Positions 16,969 through 23,957 of a stretch of 24,000 bases of DNA are shown one piece after another; within the stretch, counting starts at the first letter, position 1, and each line of letters starts with the position of its first letter. Below the pieces are notes generated by a model, which did no database searches, had not been told where the DNA came from, and saw only the letters and a program-made list of their open reading frames with translations. The stretch comes from Actinopolymorpha pittospori (lineage in GTDB: Bacteria; Actinomycetota; Actinomycetes; Propionibacteriales; Actinopolymorphaceae): positions 10,198,717-10,222,716 of the forward strand of contig NZ_JADBEM010000001.1 in assembly GCF_014873875.1 (NCBI RefSeq), written 5' to 3'. A program made the position numbers and the translations under genes.

Positions 16969-17997
16969 GTGTACACCCCAACCCCGGAAGTGGTCGCGCA
17001 GGCGTTCGACCTCGGGCGTCCGCTCGGTGACCTCGTGCTCGTCAGGCGCGGCGACACCGACACCTGGCGGCTCGACACCGCCGAGGGCAGCTACCTCGTC
17101 AAGGGGTACTGGTCGAGCTCAGCCGGACGGTACGCGGGTCGACAACTCCTCGATCAGCTCGAGGCCGCGATGGCCTTCGAGCGCCGTGCACTCGAAGCCG
17201 GCATCGACATGGCCGAACCGATCCCGCCGACCGACCCCACGGCGGGTTGGGTGACCCGCCTCGACGAACGGCTCTTCCGGGTCTACCGATGGGTCGAGAA
17301 CCGAGAGCTTCGACCCGACGACGACCTCGCCGGCTGGCTCGGCCGCACCATGGCGCGGATCCACCAGCTGAAGCCGCTGAGCCAGGTGGGCTTACCGGAC
17401 TGGTGGCGCTCGCCGGTCTGGCCGCGGGCGACCTGGGAGGAGTGGTTCGCCGAGGCGCGGCGGCGCGACAAATCCTGGTCGGACCTCGCACAGGAACGCC
17501 TGCCGTCCATCCTCGAGATGTCGGAACGGATCGAACGTCTCTGCGAAGTCGCTGCGGACTGCGTGACGACGCATGGCGACTTCAAGACGCACAACATGGT
17601 CATGGCACCGACCGGCCCGGTGTTGGTCGACTGGGACAGTGTGAGGGTCGACAGCGCGGCCCTGGAGGCTGGTCGGGTCGCCTACATCTTCGGGGCGGCG
17701 GGGATCGAACCGATCAGGCGAATCCTGGCCGCGTACGTCGCGGCCGGCGGTGAGGTCAGCTGGGCCGGACGCGACCTCTTCCTCAGTGTGGCAAGGCACG
17801 ATCTGCAGGTTCTCTTCGAGCGGATCCTGGTCTCGCTCGAACGAGCGCCTGCCGCCCGGTGGATGGGCGACAGCCAGACGACCGAGCACACCATCGGCGA
17901 ACTGCTGCGTGAGCTGCCCGACACGTTCGAGCACCTGGGCCGTCTCGCCGCGGAGATGAGCGACATCGGGTCAACCGGTCAGATCGGCCGCCCGTAA
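16969..17997 (+). CDS. APH-fold phosphotransferase, paralogue 3
   Basis: A GTG follows a GGAGGG motif. An alternative GTG at 16918 lies 4 nt after the cupin stop. SYLVKG is present, THGDFKTHNMV is the catalytic loop and LVDWDS is the DFG-like motif. Confidence 0.78.
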   Translation: MYTPTPEVVAQAFDLGRPLGDLVLVRRGDTDTWRLDTAEGSYLVKGYWSSSAGRYAGRQLLDQLEAAMAFERRALEAGIDMAEPIPPTDPTAGWVTRLDERLFRVYRWVENRELRPDDDLAGWLGRTMARIHQLKPLSQVGLPDWWRSPVWPRATWEEWFAEARRRDKSWSDLAQERLPSILEMSERIERLCEVAADCVTTHGDFKTHNMVMAPTGPVLVDWDSVRVDSAALEAGRVAYIFGAAGIEPIRRILAAYVAAGGEVSWAGRDLFLSVARHDLQVLFERILVSLERAPAARWMGDSQTTEHTIGELLRELPDTFEHLGRLAAEMSDIGSTGQIGRP

Positions 17998-18050
17998 GCG
18001 GGTGGTAGGGACGACCCGGATGTCGGTCAGAATGGTCGGCGGCTTCGTTC

Positions 18051-18164
18051 ACCGTGGACGAGGGAGATCACCGTGGACGAGGGAGATCACCGTGGACGAG
18101 GGAGATCACCGTGGACGAGGGAGATCACCGTGGACGAGGGAGATCACCGTGGACGAAGGAGAGA
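18051..18164. repeat. Tandem repeat of 5 perfect copies of the 19-bp unit ACCGTGGACGAGGGAGATC plus a degenerate sixth copy (16/19)
   Basis: I counted the units directly at 18051, 18070, 18089, 18108 and 18127, with the degenerate copy at 18146-18164. No spacers separate them. Confidence 0.95.
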
Positions 18165-18170
18165 GCGCTG

Positions 18171-18950
18171 GTGGGTGAGGTACCCGAGATGGAGCGGGGA
18201 CGGTTCTCGGCGCCCGTACGCCACGGCGACGAGGTGCACCGGCGCCCCGCCCGCGACAACACGCAGGTGCACAGACTCCTGGAGCACTTCGAATCGGCCG
18301 GATGCACGCTGACTCCTCGTTTCCTGGGCATGACCGCCGATGGTGCTGAACGGTTGACCTTCATCGAGGGCGTCACGGGATATCCGCCGCTTTCGCAGGA
18401 CATCCGATCCGAGGAGGCCCTGGTCAGCGTCGCGAAGGCGATCCGGCAGGTCCATGACGTCAGCCAGAGCTTCGTACCGTCCGGCTCCACCGAGTGGCGC
18501 GGCTACGAGATCGCCCGCCCTGCCACGATCGACTGCATCGGACACCACGACCTGGCGCCATGGAACTTCGTCTTCGACTCGACGGGCGTACGCGGCATCA
18601 TCGACTGGGACACCGCGGGGCCATCCAGCCGGGTCTGGGATCTCTCCTACGCCGCGTATCAGTTCGTCCCGTTCCACCCGACCGCTGATCTGCAGGGGTG
18701 GGGCTGGTCAAGCGAACCGGATCGGCGTCGACGGCTGCGCCTGTTCCTCGACAGTTACGCGGCGGGTATGTCCTCGGCGGAGATCGTGGACACGGCGGTC
18801 ACGAGGATCTACAGCATCGGCGCGTACATCGATCGCGAGGTGGCCAGGGGCAACCCCGCGTTCGAGGTTCATGCCCGCGAGGGGCACGCGGCGGGGTACT
18901 TCAGGGCGGCTTCCGCACTCATGGCGATGCGGGTGTCCAGGGTCCAGTGA
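18171..18950 (+). CDS. APH-fold phosphotransferase, paralogue 4
   Basis: The GTG at 18171 follows a GAAGGAGAG motif. An ATG at 18189 is an alternative start. VRHGDEVHRRPA...LTFIEGV is present, GHHDLAPWNFVF is the catalytic loop and IIDWDT is the DFG-like motif. The ORF-track start at 18054 runs through the repeat and is unlikely. Confidence 0.75.
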   Translation: MGEVPEMERGRFSAPVRHGDEVHRRPARDNTQVHRLLEHFESAGCTLTPRFLGMTADGAERLTFIEGVTGYPPLSQDIRSEEALVSVAKAIRQVHDVSQSFVPSGSTEWRGYEIARPATIDCIGHHDLAPWNFVFDSTGVRGIIDWDTAGPSSRVWDLSYAAYQFVPFHPTADLQGWGWSSEPDRRRRLRLFLDSYAAGMSSAEIVDTAVTRIYSIGAYIDREVARGNPAFEVHAREGHAAGYFRAASALMAMRVSRVQ

Positions 18951-19491
18951 CGCCGGCATGAGGAGCGGGGCCGATCCACTGCACGAGTTCGGTCAACACT
19001 CGCTCATAGGCTCGGTGAGTCAGGTGCACGCCGTCGGGCTCATGGACGTCGACACTCATGCCAGACAGAGCGAATCGAACGTCAAGCGTCGTCCCGCCGT
19101 GCTCGGCGAAGATCGTCGCTGCCGCGGCCGAGTATCGCTGGATCGCAGCGTTCGTCCTGTCACCAGGTCCGGTGGGACCCCGTTCGTCCACGCCGGGCGA
19201 AGTGAGGTAGATGAGCCTGGCCTCGGGCAGGTCCGAGAGCAATCTCGTGAGTTCTCTCCTGAAGCGTGGCAGCGGGACCTCTTTCCAGGGCGCCGCGTCG
19301 TTCGTTCCCACTGACACGACTACTGTGTCGGCCGGCCGATGGCCGTTGAGCTGGCGTGCCAGATCGAGACTGTTCGCCCCGCCTACCGCGGCATTGACGA
19401 CCCGCCGGCCGGTCTCGCGCTCGATATGGCGTGTGCGTGCACCACGAATACGGGCGAGGTGGCTATCGCCAAGGAGGAGAACCTCGGACAT
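18919..19491 (-). CDS. SGNH/GDSL-family hydrolase
   Basis: LLLGDSH is block I, AVGGAN is block II, VSVGTNDA is block III and DGVHLT is block V. Confidence 0.8.
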   Translation of the reverse strand: MSEVLLLGDSHLARIRGARTRHIERETGRRVVNAAVGGANSLDLARQLNGHRPADTVVVSVGTNDAAPWKEVPLPRFRRELTRLLSDLPEARLIYLTSPGVDERGPTGPGDRTNAAIQRYSAAAATIFAEHGGTTLDVRFALSGMSVDVHEPDGVHLTHRAYERVLTELVQWIGPAPHAGVTGPWTPASP

Positions 19492-19584
19492 GCCGAGACC
19501 CTAGCTGGATCCAGCCGCCCGTACGTCGTGAAGCTGGCCCTGCGCGGCGGTCCACCAAAGTGGCTCTTCGTAGATCCGTCCGTG

Positions 19585-20730
19585 TCAGCGATCGCGGCGG
19601 GCGTTGATCCGGGCGGCCCGGCGCGTCAGGTGATCGCGTTCGGCGAGGTTGGGTGCCTTCTGCGCCGCCTCGGCGTACAGCCGTGCCGCCGTGGCCAGGT
19701 CGCTGTCGCGCTCATGGAGGTACGCCGCCACCGCGGCGCGGCGGGGCAGTGCGTCGTCCAGCGCCGCGAGGGCCGCCAGCCCGGCGCGCGGTCCGTCTGC
19801 CTCCCCGACGGCCACGGCGCGGTTGAGCCGGACCACCGGGCTGTCGGTCAGGCGCGCGAGTTCGTCGTACCACTCGACGATCTGCACCCAGTCGGTCTCC
19901 TCAGAGGTGGGCGCGTCAGCGTGGAGTGCCGCGATGGCGGCCTGGGCCTGGAACTCGCCCAGCCGGTCGCGGGCGAGGGCCGCCTGCAGGATTTTGACGC
20001 CCTCGGCGATCGACCGCGTGTCCCACCGGCCGCGGTCCTGCTCGGCGAGTGGCACCAGGCTGCCGTCGGGTGCGGTCCGGGTGGCGCGCCGGGCATGGTG
20101 GAGCAGCATGAGGGCCAGCAGCCCCGCCACTTCGGGGTGGTCGATCGCGGCCGCGAGCTGGCGGGTGAGCCGGATGGACTCGGCGGCGAGGTCGACGTCG
20201 CCGGAGTAGCCCTCGTTGAAGACCAGGTAGAGGACGCGCAGCACTGTGGCGACGTCGCCGGGCTGGTCGAATCGCACGTCGGAGACCGTGCGCTTGGCCC
20301 GGCTGATGCGTTGCGCCATGGTCGCCTCGGGCACCAGGTAGGCCTGGGCGATCTGGCGGGTGGTGAGCCCGCCGACGGCGCGGAGCGTGAGCGCGACGGC
20401 CGAGGACGGCGTCAGCGACGGGTGGGCACACAGGAAGTAGAGCTGGAGCGTGTCGTCCACCGCCGGCGCGGGCCCGGGTGCCGGCTCCTCCGCGACGAGG
20501 TCCTCACGCCGGCGGCGGGCGGCATCCGAGCGGGTGGCGTCGAGGAACTTGCGCCAGGCCACGGTGACCAGCCAGCCCTTCGGGTCCCGCGGCGGGTCGG
20601 CCAGCCAGACGCGGACCGCCTCGACCAGCGCGTCCTGGACGGCGTCCTCGGCCGCCGCGAAGTCGGCTCCGCGGCGGACGAGGACCCCGAGCACGCTCGG
20701 TGTGAGGCTCCGGAGCAGGGCCTCGTTCAT
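19585..20730 (-). CDS. ECF sigma factor with a long C-terminal TPR-like extension (ECF42-like / DUF6596 type)
   Basis: From the internal Met the sequence reads MNEALLRSLTPSVLGVLVRRGADFAAAEDAVQDALVEA (region 2), then LRAVGGLTTRQIAQAYLVPEATMAQRISRAKR (region 4 HTH), then about 200 further residues. The ATG overlaps the upstream gene's stop (ATGA). Confidence 0.85.
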   Translation of the reverse strand: MNEALLRSLTPSVLGVLVRRGADFAAAEDAVQDALVEAVRVWLADPPRDPKGWLVTVAWRKFLDATRSDAARRRREDLVAEEPAPGPAPAVDDTLQLYFLCAHPSLTPSSAVALTLRAVGGLTTRQIAQAYLVPEATMAQRISRAKRTVSDVRFDQPGDVATVLRVLYLVFNEGYSGDVDLAAESIRLTRQLAAAIDHPEVAGLLALMLLHHARRATRTAPDGSLVPLAEQDRGRWDTRSIAEGVKILQAALARDRLGEFQAQAAIAALHADAPTSEETDWVQIVEWYDELARLTDSPVVRLNRAVAVGEADGPRAGLAALAALDDALPRRAAVAAYLHERDSDLATAARLYAEAAQKAPNLAERDHLTRRAARINARRDR

Positions 20731-21146
20731 CTGAGGTGGCACTCCGTGATGGTGGGCGGCTCGGCCAGGAAGGGGCGCAGCTCGAGCCACTCGTGAATCG
20801 GCTCCCCGCCCTTCCCGGGGGCGGCCGACAGCTCCCCGGCCAGCTCGAGCGCGCGCTCGTGGCTGTCGACGTCGATCACCATCCAGCCGGCGATGAGGTC
20901 CTTGGTCTCGGCGAACGGGCCGTCGGTGACCGGCGGGCGCCCCTCACCGTCGTACCGGACGAACGTGCCCTCGGGGGCGAGCGCCTGACCGTCGACGTAC
21001 TCGCCGGTCTGCTCCAGCCGGGCCGCGAAGTCGTGCATGTACTGCACGTGCGCCGAGATCTCCTCCGGCGTCCACTGGTCCATGGGCACGTCGTTGGCCG
21101 GAGCCGGGGCGCCGCGGTAGTGCTTGAGCAGGAGGTACTTGGCCAT
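20727..21146 (-). CDS. YciI-like / DGPF-domain protein
   Basis: MAKYLLLKHYRG...PPVTDGPFAETKDLIAGWMVIDVDS contains the DGPF motif. A GAGGAG Shine-Dalgarno motif precedes the ATG at 21146. Confidence 0.85.
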   Translation of the reverse strand: MAKYLLLKHYRGAPAPANDVPMDQWTPEEISAHVQYMHDFAARLEQTGEYVDGQALAPEGTFVRYDGEGRPPVTDGPFAETKDLIAGWMVIDVDSHERALELAGELSAAPGKGGEPIHEWLELRPFLAEPPTITECHLR

Positions 21147-21197
21147 CGTGTGTCTCCTCAGTGCTGGTGGGACCATTTTGGTCACCTTCACCGCGGG

Positions 21198-21224
21198 GAC
21201 GGAGCCAGGCTCGGGTTCTCGACA
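21198..21224 (-). promoter_or_regulatory. Candidate ECF-type promoter upstream of the DGPF-sigma operon
   Basis: The minus strand reads TGTCGA-N17-CGTC about 50 nt upstream of the DGPF ATG. From memory, this resembles the TGTC...CGTC motifs reported for the ECF41/42 groups. Confidence 0.3.
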
Positions 21225-21354
21225 TCGCCGGCAAAAAATCTTGCTCCCGTGGCTGAGCCGCCCTCCCCGTGGCGCCTACGAGAAGCGGTCGGCCGGCGGA
21301 GGTTCTAGGCTGGTGCGCCTGATGACGGTCTGTGCCGACAGAATCGGGTGATCA

Positions 21355-21726
21355 GTGATGCGGCTGTATCGGGTGATCGTGCCAGTCCCCCACATCGACC
21401 AGGCCGCCGTCTACTACGAGTCTCTGCTCGGTCTTCCCGGCAAGCGCGTCTCATCGGGACGGCACTATCTCGACTGCGAAGGCACGATCCTCGCCTTGTT
21501 CAGCCCCCGAGAAGACACCGATCCCTTCGACCCGCGCTCGAACCAGGGACATCTGTACCTCGCCGTGGACGACCTTGCGGCAGTTCATGAGCGCGCCCTC
21601 GGCCTGGGTCACGAGGTGGATGAGACGATCGAGACACGTCCCTGGGGAGAGCGCTCGTTCTACCTCGAGGATCCCTTCGGTAATCCGTTGTGCATGGTCG
21701 ACCAGAACACTCTCTTCACGGGTTGA
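21355..21726 (+). CDS. VOC-family (glyoxalase/bleomycin-resistance/dioxygenase fold) protein
   Basis: The 123-aa ORF contains VPVPHIDQAAVYYESLLG, HLYLAVDDL and RPWGERSFYLEDPFGNPL, typical of VOC proteins. An ATG at 21358 is an alternative start. Confidence 0.8.
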   Translation: MMRLYRVIVPVPHIDQAAVYYESLLGLPGKRVSSGRHYLDCEGTILALFSPREDTDPFDPRSNQGHLYLAVDDLAAVHERALGLGHEVDETIETRPWGERSFYLEDPFGNPLCMVDQNTLFTG

Positions 21727-21790
21727 GAGCGAAGGCTGCCCAACACCAGAGCCGCACCAGCGGCCGACCAGGTCACGGCGGGCCGTCGAC

Positions 21791-22465
21791 TTACTTCAGC
21801 CAGTCGATGTCGAGGTCGACGAAGGTGTCGTTGACGGGATCTGCTCCGTACTTCTTGGCGGGGTCGTTGTCGACGTTGAGCTTTTCGAAGCGACCGTTCT
21901 CGGAGACCTCACCCATCTTGGAGCCGTAGGCTATGAGCTCCAGGCAAAGAGAACCGACCGTGAGGCCGGCCGCGAGGGCATTGATGCGGGTCAGAACAGT
22001 TTGTGCTACCGCTGCGGGTGCCCGGTACAACGGAAACAGCCCCGCCACCCACAAGACAGCCAGCCCTCCGACCGTGATGTAGTCCTGGGTGCGCATCGCG
22101 TGTTGAAGGTCCTTGACCGACTCCAGCGTCTGCTCCAGCGCTGCCATCGCGTTGTAGGCAGCCGTCGAGGCATTGTCGACCTCGGTTTCGAAGTTGGCCA
22201 CCCAGACGTCAAAGGCTTCCCGCGCGTCGTCGTCCCACGCGGTCTTCGGCAGCAGCGCACCGCCACCCTCGCCGGTGAACGTCTTGAGCGTGCTGATCGA
22301 GTCGAGTTCGTCCGCGACCGAGAACCACGCCGACTTGGCCCTGCCGATCTCCTCGTCGTCAGGCTGGACGGTCACCCACATGGCCAACGACAGCATCGAT
22401 CCAGCGAACGGCACGACCATCAGCGGCGCGAAGGAGCATTTCAACAGCGCGGATGCGCGCCACAT
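21791..22465 (-). CDS. Hypothetical membrane protein: N-terminal hydrophobic segment, helical soluble domain, two predicted TM helices and an acidic tail
   Basis: The ORF is GC3-rich. Hydrophobic stretches are ALLKCSFAPLMVVPFAGSMLSLAMWV, ITVGGLAVLWVAGLFPLY and LAAGLTVGSLCLELIAY. No Shine-Dalgarno motif precedes the ATG at 22465, and this frame is open upstream to 22527. Confidence 0.55.
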   Translation of the reverse strand: MWRASALLKCSFAPLMVVPFAGSMLSLAMWVTVQPDDEEIGRAKSAWFSVADELDSISTLKTFTGEGGGALLPKTAWDDDAREAFDVWVANFETEVDNASTAAYNAMAALEQTLESVKDLQHAMRTQDYITVGGLAVLWVAGLFPLYRAPAAVAQTVLTRINALAAGLTVGSLCLELIAYGSKMGEVSENGRFEKLNVDNDPAKKYGADPVNDTFVDLDIDWLK

Positions 22466-22877
22466 GAGACGGAGGTAAGCAAACGTCGACCACGAAAAGG
22501 CGCGAGAGAGCGGAGAAGCCGGTGATCACGTCCTTCGGCGCGTCGGGTTTCGTGACCGGGACTCGGGGGGTCTTGGTGAGGTCGATCGTGTTGGCCTTCT
22601 CCGTGACCGCCATGCGGAAGGCCACCTCGTTCATCCCCGCGATCATCTTCGCGAGTCGGTCCAGGCCGTCCTCGAGGTTCTTGATCTGACTTTCCCTGGC
22701 CGGGTTGTAGCGAGGCATCAGAATTCTCGAGGGGACACTGCCGAAAGCGTTCGGACCGAGTGAGGTGTAGTCCTTCGCGTACTGAAGCGCCGCCCTCAGA
22801 TGCGGATAGTCGTCAGTGGCGACCGCACTCGCCGCCTGCTCGATCCGTGCACGGTCCTGCTTCTTGTCCGCCGACAC
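22359..22877 (-). CDS. Hypothetical helical protein. The 3' about 150 nt look non-coding in this frame, so it may be fused to the downstream ORF by a frameshift.
   Basis: A GTG at 22877 follows an AGGAG motif 5 nt upstream. The translation begins MSADKKQDRARIEQAASAVATDDYPHLRAALQYAKDY... GC3 drops sharply after ...KPDAPKDVITG (about 22525). Confidence 0.45.
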   Translation of the reverse strand: MSADKKQDRARIEQAASAVATDDYPHLRAALQYAKDYTSLGPNAFGSVPSRILMPRYNPARESQIKNLEDGLDRLAKMIAGMNEVAFRMAVTEKANTIDLTKTPRVPVTKPDAPKDVITGFSALSRLFVVDVCLPPSHVARIRAVEMLLRAADGRAVRWIDAVVGHVGDRPA

Positions 22878-23053
22878 CTTGACTCCTGTCGTGAACCCTC
22901 CAAGATCGCTCCGAAGCCTAACGACTGCATCGCCTCGGCCGCGTGACGCGACGCGCGGCTGTGGACAACCCTTCGCGACCGGCGGTGAGACGGCGACTCC
23001 TGTCGGCAACGGCGTCGACGTTTTCTCGCCAGCCGTACGTCGCGGTCGGGCGG

Positions 23054-23218
23054 TCAGTCGCTTCGGGGTTGGAAGGTCGCGAACATGCCGAGGAGGGCGG
23101 CCAGCGAAGCGACCGCCAGGACGGCTCTACCGAGGAGCGGGTGGTGGCTCGCGAGCCCGGCAACACCGGCGAGGGCAAGCGTCGCCACGGTCGCCCCGTA
23201 GACGACGCGAGAAGTCAT
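23054..23218 (-). CDS. Small (54-aa) two-TM membrane protein, below the ORF-track size cutoff
   Basis: My hand translation is MTSRVVYGATVATLALAGVAGLASHHPLLGRAVLAVASLAALLGMFATFQPRSD*. GC3 is high and the 165 nt are in frame. No Shine-Dalgarno motif is present. Confidence 0.4.
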   Translation of the reverse strand: MTSRVVYGATVATLALAGVAGLASHHPLLGRAVLAVASLAALLGMFATFQPRSD

Positions 23219-23351
23219 GGGAGGGAGTTTAGGTCATGGCTGTTCCGCCACAGGAAGGCTCCGAGGGGCGGGCGGGTGTGGCCGGTTGGGGTTGTACCGT
23301 GGCTCGGTCTGACTGGCCATGCTGGGTGGCGATTCGACGAGGAGGACGCTC

Positions 23352-23957
23352 GTGCCGCGACGACTACCTGTCACTGCCGATGATGTCGATCGCGTCGTTG
23401 ATGTCGTACTCCAGTGTCTGCGGCCCGGGACAAACCTTGACTGGACGGTGCCGGCCGGATCTTTGGAGTTGACGTGTCGCCAGACGGTTGAGCACATGCA
23501 GGGCCTTCTGGTGTACGCCGGCCAGCTCGCCATCCGGAAGCAGGAGGCACGCTACGTCCGGCTGTTCCCTCGCCCGACGACCGACACCATGCCGCCGAGC
23601 GAGCTTCTCGAAGGCTTCGAGGCTGCGGGGCGTTTGCTGGCGATGGTTGTACGAGGAAGCCCGCCGGAGGTGAGAGCCTGGTCGCCGCGAGGCTGTGCCG
23701 ATCCCGAGGGTTACGCGGGCGCGGGCTGCGTCGAAGCTCTGGTCCACGGCTGGGACGTGGCGACCGGCCTGCGCCTCTCCTACGACCCACCTCGCGACGT
23801 CTGCGCACGCGTCCTGGCCAGGATGTTCCCCGACCTGGGGGCCGGAACCGATGATCCGTGGGCCGCGATCTTGTGGGCCACCGGCCGTGCTGACCTGCCG
23901 GGCCAGCCCACTCAGACCGAATGGCGCTGGGACGCTACCCCTCAACCGCTTGACTGA
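23352..23957 (+). CDS. DinB-like / maleylpyruvate-isomerase-N-terminal (TIGR03083-type, mycothiol-dependent family) protein
   Basis: A GTG follows a GAGGAGGA motif. LDWTVPAGSLELTCRQTVEHM...CVEALVHGWDVATGL fits the W-x-metal-His...H-x-W-D pattern of this actinobacterial family. Confidence 0.65.
   Translation: MPRRLPVTADDVDRVVDVVLQCLRPGTNLDWTVPAGSLELTCRQTVEHMQGLLVYAGQLAIRKQEARYVRLFPRPTTDTMPPSELLEGFEAAGRLLAMVVRGSPPEVRAWSPRGCADPEGYAGAGCVEALVHGWDVATGLRLSYDPPRDVCARVLARMFPDLGAGTDDPWAAILWATGRADLPGQPTQTEWRWDATPQPLD

Noticed and set aside
18051-18164. The repeat array as a CRISPR locus
   Set aside because: The units are directly abutting with no spacers. The 19-bp unit is shorter than CRISPR repeats, and no cas genes or leader are present.
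18054-18170. An N-terminal extension of APH-4 translated through the repeats (ORF-track start 18054)
   Set aside because: A 19-bp unit cannot encode a stable repeat protein except by accident of 3-unit periodicity. APH homologues, as I recall them, begin near ...VRHGDEV. A good Shine-Dalgarno motif and GTG exist at 18171. The repeat is kept as part of the finding instead.
19503-19514. The perfect 12-bp palindrome GCTGGATCCAGC upstream of the SGNH hydrolase start
   Set aside because: About half a dozen 12-bp perfect palindromes are expected by chance in 24 kb, and there is no supporting repeat or partner regulator.
19339-20796. A 485-aa plus-strand ORF
   Set aside because: It lies antisense to the SGNH hydrolase and the ECF sigma gene, which have clear motifs. 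Its composition is that of a shadow ORF.
22881-23005. The 11-bp direct repeat CGACAGGAGTC (minus strand) at 22881-22891 and 22995-23005
   Set aside because: Dozens of 11-mer repeats are expected by chance in a window this size, and only the promoter-proximal copy precedes a start codon.
23236-23472. A 78-aa plus-strand ORF with a strong GGGAGGGAG Shine-Dalgarno motif
   Set aside because: Its third-position GC is low. It overlaps the better-supported DinB-like gene start (23352) out of frame. Its composition is Cys/Trp/Arg-rich. The Shine-Dalgarno-like motif may be coincidental.
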